Source of the DNA: a virus
Direction: 5' to 3' (one strand)
Virus record (IMG/VR): IMGVR_UViG_3300035670_000060
Coordinates: 32,001-96,000 of that record
Length of the DNA stretch: 64,000 bases
The notes below the pieces were generated by a model. It worked only from the letters and a program-made list of their open reading frames with translations. It did no database searches and had not been told where the DNA came from. Both the position numbers and the translations under genes were made by a program. The stretch's first letter is position 1, and each line of letters begins with the position of its first letter. Of the stretch, positions 30,301-39,900 are shown piece after piece.

Positions 30301-31839
30301 AATAAAAGTATTATGACTGCCAGTGGTGTTAAAGCGACCAGCGCATAAACCTGCGAAAAAGTTATAGCTACCGTAGTTATTGGCTAAACCAGCACTGTTA
30401 CCGAAGAAATTATTGTGACTGCCAGCATTCAAATAACCAGCAAAATGACCAAAGCTATTATTATTACAACCAGTAATGCTAAGAAAACCAGCATAGCGAC
30501 CAAGGTAATTATTATGACTGCCAGTGGTATTGGAGCGACCAGCTTGATTACCAAAAAAGTTATTATAACAACCAGTGGTGTTAAGACGACCAGCAGCTAG
30601 ACCAAAGAAATTATTAAAACTGCCAGTGGTGTTATTGCAACCAGCACTTTGACCAAAGAAATTATTACCAGCGCCAGTGGTGTTACGAAAACCACTATTA
30701 CATCCTAAAAAGTTATTAAAACTGCCAGTGGTGGTGGCAAAACCTGAAGAAAAACCTGCGAAGAAGTTATGACATCCAGTGGTGTTACAGAAACCAGCAC
30801 ATTGACCGAAGAAAATATTACCAGCGCCAGTGGTGTTATTGTAACCAGCATATTGACCAATGAAAATATTAAAACATCCTGTGGTGTTGTAGCGACCAGC
30901 ACAGGAACCAGCAAAGAAGTTGTGACTACCAGTGCTATTGGCATAACCAGTATAACAACCAAAGAAATTATTATGAGATCCTGTGGTGTTATTGAGACCA
31001 GCAGCAAGACCTAAAAAATTATTCCAACTACCTGTAGTGTTATTTCTACCTGAATTATTACCAATGTAATTATTATTACAGCCTGTAGTATTGTTACGAC
31101 CTGTATATTTTCCAATAAAATTATTGTTAGATGCTGTTTCATTATATAATCCAGCACCTTTACCAAAGAAATTATTGTAAGAACCTGTGCTATTATACTT
31201 ACCAGCTTCATGACCAAAGAAATTGTTATAACATCCGCTACTATTACATCGTCCAGCATTTAAACCAAAAATATTATTAAAACATCCTGTAGTGTTAATA
31301 CAACCAGCATTTTGACCTAAGAAAATGTTCCAACTACCAGCTAAGTTGCATCGGCCAGCAGATTCACCTAAAAAGATATTACTGACGCCAGTGGTGTTAC
31401 AAAAACCAGCTCGTGATCCTGCAAAAAAGTTGCTGCTTCCTCCACCAAAATTACATGACATGCCACTTATTATATTGCAATTACCTTTAGTTACAAATGC
31501 ACTTGTAGTTTTTTCTGTATACCATGCACCACCTGATGCAAAAATTCGTGTGCCTTGTTCTCTATACAATATAATAGATGCTCTACCGTCATCGATAGTT
31601 TCAGCACCTTGCGGATCAATAGTTAAATTAAACGCTACGTTATTGAAAATTTTAAATGACATTCCCTCGGAACTTGCTGCTGGAGGTAAATTGATCGTCC
31701 CCGCTGCTGTTCCGTTATAAACAATGATGTCATTATTATCTTCAGGAGATACCGTATATGCACTCGCAGTGATATTTTTGGTAAGTTCTCTATAAGGAAC
31801 TTGACTGTTGAGTGCCGATATCTGATAAGGTCTTGCCAT
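27310..31839 (-). CDS. Giant Cys-rich beta-roll tail fibre with C-terminal peptidase S74 intramolecular chaperone
   Basis: 1509 aa; NTTG repeats; WTTVSDVRDK cleavage motif, YGFSAQ, terminal coiled coil LVNTINEMSNEIDALKSRLEALE. Confidence 0.85.
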   Translation of the reverse strand: MARPYQISALNSQVPYRELTKNITASAYTVSPEDNNDIIVYNGTAAGTINLPPAASSEGMSFKIFNNVAFNLTIDPQGAETIDDGRASIILYREQGTRIFASGGAWYTEKTTSAFVTKGNCNIISGMSCNFGGGSSNFFAGSRAGFCNTTGVSNIFLGESAGRCNLAGSWNIFLGQNAGCINTTGCFNNIFGLNAGRCNSSGCYNNFFGHEAGKYNSTGSYNNFFGKGAGLYNETASNNNFIGKYTGRNNTTGCNNNYIGNNSGRNNTTGSWNNFLGLAAGLNNTTGSHNNFFGCYTGYANSTGSHNFFAGSCAGRYNTTGCFNIFIGQYAGYNNTTGAGNIFFGQCAGFCNTTGCHNFFAGFSSGFATTTGSFNNFLGCNSGFRNTTGAGNNFFGQSAGCNNTTGSFNNFFGLAAGRLNTTGCYNNFFGNQAGRSNTTGSHNNYLGRYAGFLSITGCNNNSFGHFAGYLNAGSHNNFFGNSAGLANNYGSYNFFAGLCAGRFNTTGSHNTFIGACAGLCNTTGSHNFFAGLCAGYSNTTGSMNNFFGYLAGYSNTTGCHNFFAGTCAGYCNTTGGSNNFIGYYAGYANTTGFGNTFIGNQAGRSTTTARFNNFFGHFAGINNTTGCNNNFFGCAAGYCNITGSYNFFAGQCAGYANIDGNDNIFLGRDAGRFNTNGKYNTFINRCAGFCNTTGCHNTFIGLNAGRYNIIGGCNFFAGLCAGMCNISGAWNNFFGQSAGFSNTIGNHNNFFGCAAGYSNTTGCNNNFFGQSAGFCNTTGGCNNFFGLSAGYFNTAGSYNNFFGRCAGLCNTTGWKNNFFGGSAGCLNTTGSNNNFFGYYTGRFNTTGSHNNFFGESAGYCNTTGSNNNFIGNSAGLVNTTGSYNNFFGLCAGRNNTTGCFNNFFGRWAGFCNTTGSNNNFFGPSAGRSNTTGCNNNFFGQCAGFSNTTGTSNNFIGFCAGRYNTTGSYNNFIGCCAGRYNTTGCFNNFFGRYAGRGNSSGCHNNFFGNAAGITNTTGSCNNFFGNQAGSSNTTGCHNNFFGLVSGYGNTTGSGNTFIGQCAGLCNTNGSYNTFIGNLAGCKNTTGSNNTFFGKDAGRFNVTGIGNIFIGLAAGYCNDACYNFFAGLCAGRNTTTGAYNNFMGYVAGNNNTTGFFNNFFGACAGYCNTTGNCNNFFGPLAGFYNTTGNYNNFFGRQTGYYNTTGSQNNFFGNRAGYYNTTGGHNNFIGNRAGYKNTTGSYNNFIGVNAGCSNTTGTSNNFFGASAGLNNTTGTSNNFFGASAGRYNTTGGFNNFIGSSAGYGNTTGCSNNFFGQSAGLNNTTGSNNNFIGNAAGAANTTGNNNIFAGQCAGYCNTTGSNNLFFGCNAAVGTIGLANITTESNRIIMGNNAHTCAQIQIGWTTVSDVRDKTIFGPVPHGRDFLRKITPIEFSFKNRDTGEITDTRKRYGFSAQNILEAEGDNPVIVSKEMPEKLQMTNDHLIPVLVNTINEMSNEIDALKSRLEALEKRVT
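27740..31450 (-). repeat. ~42-bp degenerate coding tandem repeat (approx. 85-90 units)
   Basis: Same repeat family as 1200-4790. Confidence 0.9.
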
Positions 31840-31841
31840 TT

Positions 31842-32324
31842 TTAGTAGTCTCCGCCTATTGCGTCTATTGCGATTGCGATATTTGTGCCGCCAGCAGCGA
31901 CAGTAGTTCCCGCATAAATTCTATAAGTTGCAGGTAAATTCAATCCACCTAATGGAAGTAACAATGGGTATGTAGTCATTCCTGCTGTCGCTAAAGCTGC
32001 AACTGCTGTTGCAGGAATTGTAACTTCACCAAAAAATATATTGTTTCCTGCTGTCGTATTTGCTGATCCATTATTTATCCAAAATCTTACAACGGTTGCA
32101 CTTGATGTTCCTGATGCTGTTGCTCCGTTAGTAGATGCTAATCGACAAGTGATTTGATCAACTCTCGAACCATTTGCACCAGCAGTATATATAAGTGCCA
32201 TGGCCGTGCCTGTCGCTTGTGTACCGTCAAATGCTCCAGTGTTTGTCATTGCGGTTGATAGGCGAACATTTAAGGCACCTACGTTTGGCGTTTGTGCGAA
32301 GATTGGTGTTGCTGTTACTGGCAT
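31842..32324 (-). CDS. Small beta-rich virion/fibre adaptor protein (hypothetical)
   Basis: 160 aa, 2-nt spacing to both flanking fibre genes. Confidence 0.6.
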   Translation of the reverse strand: MPVTATPIFAQTPNVGALNVRLSTAMTNTGAFDGTQATGTAMALIYTAGANGSRVDQITCRLASTNGATASGTSSATVVRFWINNGSANTTAGNNIFFGEVTIPATAVAALATAGMTTYPLLLPLGGLNLPATYRIYAGTTVAAGGTNIAIAIDAIGGDY

Positions 32325-32326
32325 GA

Positions 32327-35300
32327 TTAAAATCCTCCAAAATTAGTTGCTAAGTATAAATTGCTTCCCGGTGAAGATCCTGAAGATCCTATGGGAGATC
32401 CATTGACACACATACCTGTGCTGTCCACTCGAATTCGTTCTGTTGATCCTGCTGCAAGAATGATTGTACCCGACAAAGTTGATGTTCCTGATACACTACC
32501 TAAAATAATATTATTATTACCTGTTGTAATTGATGAACCTGCACTTTGACCTATAAAAATATTATTGTTTGCTGTAGTATTGCCAGTGCCCGCACCAGAT
32601 CCAATAAAGGTGTTATAAGATCCAGATGTATTATTCCATCCAGCAATAGATCCCATAAAGATATTATTGTTTCCGATCGTATTTTGAATGCCAGCACTTG
32701 GCCCCATAAAAATATTGTTAACACCTACTGTATTTCTGAAACCTGTTAAATGACCAATAAAAGTGTTATAACTGCCAGTAGTATTGCAGCAACCTGCATT
32801 ACGACCAAAGAAATTATTACTTGCACCTGAAACATTAAAGAAACCAGCACCACAACCAAAGAAATTATTATGACTGCCACTGGTGTTACAGTAACCAGCA
32901 CACAAACCAGCAAAGAAGTTATAACTGCCAGTATTATTATTGTAACCAGCACTGTTACCAATGAAATTATTATGACAGCCAGTGGTATTGGAGCGACCAG
33001 CAGTTAGACCAAAGAAATTATTATGACATCCAGTGGTATTATTTTGACCAGCATACGAACCAAAGAAATTATTACAACTGCCAATGGTATTATTACGACC
33101 TACTAGATAACCAAAGAAATTATTATTAGAGCCGGTAGTACTAAAAAGACCAGCACAAAAACCAAAGAAATTATTACAAGTGCCAGTGGTGTTACTGTAA
33201 CCAGCACATGCACCAATGAAATTATTATTACTGCCAGTGGTGTTACAGAAACCAGCACTTCGACCGAAGAAATTATTATAACTGCCAGTGGTGTTAGAGA
33301 AACCAGCACAGAAACCAAAGAAATTATTCTGACCGCCAGTGGTGTTAGAGCAACCAGCATTTCTACCAAAGAAATTATTAGAACTGCCAGTGGTGTTAAA
33401 GATACCGGCACGATTACCAAAGAAATTATTCTGACCGCCAGTGGTGTTATATGAACCAGCAAAAACACCAAAGAAATTATTATAACTGCCAGTGGTGTTA
33501 GAGAAACCAGCACGATTACCAATGAAATTGTTATAAGCGCCAGTGGTGTTACAGCGACCAGCTAATTGACCAAAGAAATTATTAGAACTGCCAGTGGTGT
33601 TACTGCAACCAGCAAGATTACCAATGAAAACATTATGGCAGCCAGTGGTATTACAGTAACCAGCACAATTACCAGCAAAGAAGTTAAAACAGCCAATGGT
33701 ATTATAGCGACCAGCACTTGAACCAAAGAAATTATTGTGACTGCCAGTGGTGTTACAGTAACCGGCACTTGCACCGGCAAAGAAGTTATTTGTTCCTGTT
33801 GATGCTTGTGCTGGTGCTCCATAACCAGCATTTTCACCTAAAAATATGTTATTACTACCAACGTGTCTGGTTCCAGCAGCCTGTCCTATGACAACATTAC
33901 ATGTTGGACCACCAAGGGCAAAACTGCCTGCTGCATGACCTATATAAACATTTCCCACTCCTGTAGTCATACATTGACCTACAAGAGTGCCCATTAGAAC
34001 ATTATTACTGCATGTGTTTTTTCGACCTGCGTTCCAACCTAAATATACGTTATAAAACGCTTCAGCATTACAATGTCCTGCATAAGCGCCTAAAAATGTG
34101 TTCCCGGAACCACAAGTATTGTATCTACCTGTATTAGTTCCAATAAAAGTATTTAATTTTCCGTATATGCCGTCTGGTTGAATTGTTCTTTCACCAGAAA
34201 ATCTACCTATAAAAATACTATCTGCGCCAGTAGTATTACAATAACCAGCACATTGACCAGCAAAGAAGTTATAACTGCCAGTAGTGTTATTTTGACCGGC
34301 ACTGTTACCAAAGAAATTATTACCTGCGCCAGTGGTATTGAAGCGACCAGCATACATACCAAAGAAATTATTATAACTTCCAGTGGTATTGCAATAACCA
34401 GTGCTTTGACCAATGAAATTATTATGCTTTCCAGTGGTATTGAAGGTACCAGCACATGCACCAAAGAAATTATTGTAGGAACCTCCGTTAATTCTATATC
34501 CTGCAAATGCGCCAAATAAATTATTATGACTGCCGATGTTTAATTGAGTCGAATTGAGACCATAACCAGCACTACAACCAAAGAAATTATTATTAGATCC
34601 TATTGAATTACAAAATCCAGCAAAAGATCCTATGTAATTATTATTGGTACCTGATGTATTAAATCTACCAGCACATTGACCAGCAAAGAAATTGCGTTCA
34701 CCGTGACCTAAACCTAAACATCCTCTTGAATTACAGAAGCCCGCTTCAAGACCAATAAAAGTATTATGACAACCTGTTGTGTTTTTGAAACCAGCACAAC
34801 GACCAGCAAAGAAGTTATGACTGCCAGTAGTGTTATATGCACCAGCTTGAAAACCAAAAAAGCTGTTATGTGCTCCAGTTGTATTACAAAAACCGGTTCC
34901 ACATCCTATGAAAATATTACAACCGCCAGTTGTATTATAATTACCAGCACTTGATCCAGCAAAGAAGTTAAAACTTCCAGTAGTGTTACATGCACCAGCT
35001 GCTGATCCTAAAAAAGTGTTATCTGATCCAGATGTGTTTTTATATCCTGCACTGTCACCTACAAAAATATTTCTTACACCAACTGTATTACAATAACCTG
35101 CGTTACATCCTAAAAAAGTATTCCAGCGACCTGATGTATTGCTAAAAGCAGTACCACAACCAATGAAAATATTATGATTACCAGTGGTGTTACAGATACC
35201 AGCACATTGACCCGCAAAGAAGTTATCCGTTCCAGTGCCGCCAGTTCCGCTCAAACAGCTTGTAATATTTCTTGTACCACATACGGAAAATATGGAAGCT

Positions 35301-36664
35301 GGTATACTGATTCCTGTTAATGATCCACCATCACCAAAAAATTTTGTAGCGGTTATGTTATTAGCAGTAAAAGAACCTGAAGCATCTCTAGCAACAATTG
35401 TTGAAGCACCATTTGCTGACGCTGCTGTTGTTCTTGCGTTATCTAATGTTCCAGTTGCTACGTTAGATGCGTTTAAAAATGTGAGCCCAGAACCATTACC
35501 AGAAATAGATGTTGATGTTATAGCGTTAGCAGTAAAAGAGCCTGAAGCATCTCTAGCAACGATTGTTGAAGCACCGTTAGCGGATGCTGCTGTTGTTCTT
35601 GCGTTATCTAATGTTCCAGTTGCTACGTTAGATGCGTTTAGATTTGTTAAAGTATTTCCACTTCCAACAAAATGAAGTGCAGATACGTTTCCTGATACAG
35701 ATAGACTATCGCCAACTGTGTTTAGTGTAGCATCTCCAAGATATAATGTGGATCCAGAAAGATACAAGTCTTTAAATCTGGATGAACTACTTCCTAAATC
35801 ATACGTGACATCTACTGAAGGTATTACATTTCCTGATACAGTAAGATTTCCAAGAGATACGTTCGCAATTCTATACTGTGCATTTGATGTATCAATGTTT
35901 GTGTTTGTTCCAGGCTCAATAGGATAATTTTCAAAGAATTTCCATACGCCATCTGTAGCATCTCTGAACAAACCTGTGTGTACGTTAGCACTATCCGAAA
36001 GTCTTTGATAATGTCCAATAAAACCAATATCAACTGCATCGGTTACATTATTTTTTGCTAACTGAATAATATTATCTTCAACGATCAGATTGTTTGCTGT
36101 AACGGAAACTACATTACCTGTGAATGATACGTTTCCTGTTACAACAAGGTCCTGAAAAGTAACTGATGATGCTGTTCCTAAATCTTGGCCAATCGACGCT
36201 ACATAGGAGCCACCATCTGTTGTTACAATTTGAAAGTTTGCATTACTGCTATGATAATTATACGCTGATACTGACGCAACGTCTACGTTTGCTGCTGACG
36301 TTACACGACCCTGAGCATCAATAATAAGTTGAGGTATTTTTGTTGTTGATCCGTATGTTCCTGATGTTACCGTTGTATTATCTAAATTAATGATTAAATT
36401 ATTAGAACTTGTAGCTATGCTTGTTGAAATTCCATTCGTGCCACCAATTGTAAAAACTTCTGATGAAATTGCTACATTATCTGTGCCAGTATTCGCTGAA
36501 ACTTGAAGTATGCCTGCATTGCCAAGAATACTATTTGCCGTAACAACGTCTACAACAAGCGTTCCTGTACCATCACTGAGTTTGTTAACTTCAGAAATGA
36601 TATCATTGGTGCGAATTCTAAATTCATTGAATGTATTTGAAGTGACTACATTTGCAATTGCCAT
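32327..36664 (-). CDS. Giant fibre protein (baseplate-proximal), Cys-rich beta-roll repeats
   Basis: 1445 aa; N-terminal NTFNEFRIRTN anchor-type motif; shaft blocks shared with 1028..7393. Confidence 0.8.
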   Translation of the reverse strand: MAIANVVTSNTFNEFRIRTNDIISEVNKLSDGTGTLVVDVVTANSILGNAGILQVSANTGTDNVAISSEVFTIGGTNGISTSIATSSNNLIINLDNTTVTSGTYGSTTKIPQLIIDAQGRVTSAANVDVASVSAYNYHSSNANFQIVTTDGGSYVASIGQDLGTASSVTFQDLVVTGNVSFTGNVVSVTANNLIVEDNIIQLAKNNVTDAVDIGFIGHYQRLSDSANVHTGLFRDATDGVWKFFENYPIEPGTNTNIDTSNAQYRIANVSLGNLTVSGNVIPSVDVTYDLGSSSSRFKDLYLSGSTLYLGDATLNTVGDSLSVSGNVSALHFVGSGNTLTNLNASNVATGTLDNARTTAASANGASTIVARDASGSFTANAITSTSISGNGSGLTFLNASNVATGTLDNARTTAASANGASTIVARDASGSFTANNITATKFFGDGGSLTGISIPASIFSVCGTRNITSCLSGTGGTGTDNFFAGQCAGICNTTGNHNIFIGCGTAFSNTSGRWNTFLGCNAGYCNTVGVRNIFVGDSAGYKNTSGSDNTFLGSAAGACNTTGSFNFFAGSSAGNYNTTGGCNIFIGCGTGFCNTTGAHNSFFGFQAGAYNTTGSHNFFAGRCAGFKNTTGCHNTFIGLEAGFCNSRGCLGLGHGERNFFAGQCAGRFNTSGTNNNYIGSFAGFCNSIGSNNNFFGCSAGYGLNSTQLNIGSHNNLFGAFAGYRINGGSYNNFFGACAGTFNTTGKHNNFIGQSTGYCNTTGSYNNFFGMYAGRFNTTGAGNNFFGNSAGQNNTTGSYNFFAGQCAGYCNTTGADSIFIGRFSGERTIQPDGIYGKLNTFIGTNTGRYNTCGSGNTFLGAYAGHCNAEAFYNVYLGWNAGRKNTCSNNVLMGTLVGQCMTTGVGNVYIGHAAGSFALGGPTCNVVIGQAAGTRHVGSNNIFLGENAGYGAPAQASTGTNNFFAGASAGYCNTTGSHNNFFGSSAGRYNTIGCFNFFAGNCAGYCNTTGCHNVFIGNLAGCSNTTGSSNNFFGQLAGRCNTTGAYNNFIGNRAGFSNTTGSYNNFFGVFAGSYNTTGGQNNFFGNRAGIFNTTGSSNNFFGRNAGCSNTTGGQNNFFGFCAGFSNTTGSYNNFFGRSAGFCNTTGSNNNFIGACAGYSNTTGTCNNFFGFCAGLFSTTGSNNNFFGYLVGRNNTIGSCNNFFGSYAGQNNTTGCHNNFFGLTAGRSNTTGCHNNFIGNSAGYNNNTGSYNFFAGLCAGYCNTSGSHNNFFGCGAGFFNVSGASNNFFGRNAGCCNTTGSYNTFIGHLTGFRNTVGVNNIFMGPSAGIQNTIGNNNIFMGSIAGWNNTSGSYNTFIGSGAGTGNTTANNNIFIGQSAGSSITTGNNNIILGSVSGTSTLSGTIILAAGSTERIRVDSTGMCVNGSPIGSSGSSPGSNLYLATNFGGF
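32500..35230 (-). repeat. ~42-bp degenerate coding tandem repeat (approx. 60-65 units)
   Basis: Same repeat family as the other two fibres. Confidence 0.85.
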
Positions 36665-36909
36665 TATTCTTTACTCTTTGTTATTGTTAGCAACAATTCC
36701 TTTATTTCTTGCAACTCAGATTTTAATTGTACAACTTCATTTCGAACTAACTCAATTTCGTTTCCTTGTTGAGAATTTCTTCTTCGTTGAATTCTGTATT
36801 TTAATAACGAATCATAGTCATTATTTAATAATGCTTTGGAATTTACATCACGTTCACCAAGACCAGAAACAACTTCTTTCATTTTTAATTTATCATGTTC
36901 ATATCTCAT
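36664..36909 (-). CDS. Small coiled-coil protein
   Basis: 81 aa; RDVNSKALLN...LKSELQEIKELL; overlaps both neighbours. Confidence 0.7.
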   Translation of the reverse strand: MRYEHDKLKMKEVVSGLGERDVNSKALLNNDYDSLLKYRIQRRRNSQQGNEIELVRNEVVQLKSELQEIKELLLTITKSKE

Positions 36910-39900
36910 GCTAATGCTATCGCCCTTAGATTTCGAATTCTTGGTGCATATGCTTTGTTATTCGATAAGAATACAACTTTTACAGCATAATATTTAAAGC
37001 CCTCAAACACTCTACCATCAGGTGTCTCGTACTGAACTTCATTATTCAAAACTTTAAAAATATCTTGTGTATTTGCTGTTGTTGTAAATGCACTCTCGAC
37101 TGTCATGTATGTATTATTTACTACATTCGTCACGACTCGTTGAACTCTAGCTGTGCCAACTGCAACCGTATCTCCGATTCTTATATCTTCAGTGAATCGT
37201 GTAGAGGTGCCTTCTACAATATTGTTTGAAGTTGAAATCAAAACTGAACCATTGAGCAATCTACTTCCACCAATTTTTATTGTGGTCGGCACAACATATC
37301 TTTCTTCACTATATAGTGCTTCATTTTGCGATGTTGTTTTTGTTGTAACTAAATCCATTTCTTGATAAAGTTTACTATCGAAAGAGTCAGCGTCGTTTTC
37401 ATTCAAAATTTTGTAATAAACTTTAATGTCTGTTCCTGATGGTCGATTTACATCAACATAAACAACCAAATCAGTGGCTTCAAATCCGTCATTTAGTGCA
37501 ACTCTACGTGATATGTATCTTGAATCTGAAATGTATGGTCCTTCTGGATTCTCTTCGTTTTCAATTGATATAGTTTGACTTGCTGCATTATTTTCATTGA
37601 ACGTTCCAACAATTGTCATGTGTGTAGCATTCACGACATCACCTGCAATTCGATAATTGTCACCAAATTTTACATATTGTCCACCTTGTATTTCGCCGAT
37701 AAAGTTTGTACCTGTTCCTATTACTGTATTACTTCCAGACGTATATGTTACTGTACCAGAAATGCTTGTGTTTGAAGTTAGATTATTTATTTCAAAATCT
37801 TCATAAATTGCATTACCTCTTGTCAGATCAATATACGGTGAAATATATCGACTTCTTGTTGACATTGTAGCCTTCAGAGACAATGATTTAATTGAATATG
37901 TTGTTTCATTTATTGTATTTGAAACTTGCTTTTGTGCAGGCAATTTAATGCGCTCAAGATTTTTAATTGGTATATAATTATCTAAAGTAAACGACGGTGT
38001 AGCAGTTCTAATTTCATAATTGATAGATGTTTGTGAAGGCACCAAGTCTTCCATATTAGTCTGTACTGTGCTATATGTAAAGTTTGTACCAACTCCTATA
38101 TTTTCAAAAGTTGCTAAAGCAGATGTTGTTGTAGAAAATACAGCAATCTTCATATTGAATTTAATATCGAGATTCTGTCTTGGTGTCCATGTAGAATCAT
38201 TTGAACTTGTAAATAATACACCACCAATCAGTGCGTTGTTTTTATCAATTCGAGTATTCAAGTTTGCATTTGTGATATCTAATTGACCAAGTTCTGCTGT
38301 GAAAATTTCAAAGTCTGTTGAATTACCTTCGGGTTTAGCTACAAAGCAATATTCATTTCCAGGAAGTAAGAATATTGGATTTAAAAATGTAAACGTTGTA
38401 GGTGTTTGAGCAGTTGCATTTACAGTAATTCCACTTGACGGTTTACGTACAATTTCACCGCCTATAGTCTTTCTTGTAGGTAATCCATTATCCATTTCAC
38501 GAATTTCAACTGAAACTTTTAGATTTGGATTTGAAGATTTTTTCTTAAAATATAAATCTATTGACGTTACAAAAACACCATCTGGATATGTAATCTCATC
38601 AACATAAAAACTTTGAGCAACAGGATCATATACTTGATTAGTTATTACCGTTGTTGTTGTTGTACTTTCTCTTTGTCTTGCAGTTTCAACCGTTGTTACA
38701 CTATCAGTTCTTGTTTTTCCTGTCGCAGTTCTATTACCGAACGATATTGTTGAAGGTCTTGTGTTATATGTAATAGAACTTTTAACTTGTGTTAAACCTG
38801 ATGCTTGAATTGATGTTCTAGCATAAGTAGTGGTATCTGATAATCTATTTGTTGGACTATCACTTATTTTAAATTCTCTTGTTCCAACGTAAAATGAATT
38901 TGCAGGAACTCTAAAAATTCCATAGATATCGTTTTGTTCAGAAACTATCAATGATCCATCTGAAACAATCGTATAATAAACTCCGAGTGCGCTAGAAGGC
39001 AACAAACCGTCATTATCACACAAATCGGCTAACTGCTGAATTGTTGTAGATCCTAATAATCTAATTTGTTTACAGTGTTGTGTGACGAGTTCTTCATTGA
39101 AGAATGCGTACATTTTTGTGCCGGCTTTAACTCCTGCTGCATAAAATATAAAATCTCTCGATCTCATAACTTGAGAAACCGAAACATCAACAACTCTGTC
39201 CACCGTTTGAGATGTTGCTTGACCAACTCTTACGTCTGCCGTATTGATGAATTCAGACGATCTATTTGTGGTGGTTTGTCTTGTTACTGCATCTACACCT
39301 GTTGTTGTTGTTTGAGTAAAATTCCACCATCCACCTCCACCCCATACCCAAGACTGATTCGTTGTTCCTAAATTGACGTTTTCTCTTGTTGTTGATGATG
39401 TTACTTGAGCGGGTTGTCCAATCCAGTAAGCATTTTGTGGTGCAATTTCTGTGTTCCATGCATTCGCCAACGCTCTCCAATTATCAGCATCGGCTGAAGT
39501 GTCAATGACCAAATCTTGTTCTGGATTTCTTGTTGTTGATAACCATGTGTCTGATGGTGGAAATATATCCATATCTCCAACCCAAGTAAATGTCAATTCT
39601 TGTGCAAGATTTATGAATGTTGAAGCGTAGGGCTGAGTAATAAAATTTTCAGTGGTATAGTTTAATATTAATTTTCTTCCTGGTAACAAAGTTAAACCTG
39701 AGGAAAGTGTACTATTATAAACAAATTTTGTTTGATTACTGTTTATAGAATATGCAGTTGCATATCGGTCAGTTCTTTCTATTGCAGCATGATAATTACT
39801 AGATTTTACGTCTGCAACTGCTGATCCTGTGAATGGATCAACTAGAACACCATTCTTAAACCTATCAATGCCAGTATCGTCAATAACAATTTTTTCCGAT

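Noticed and set aside
1165-35675. Dozens of overlapping alternative-frame and antisense ORFs (MLVxxTPLAVIIISLV..., MTSSGV...KEIII...) within the fibre genes
   Set aside because: By-products of the 42-bp and 147-bp coding repeats and biased codon use; no RBS or independent signal
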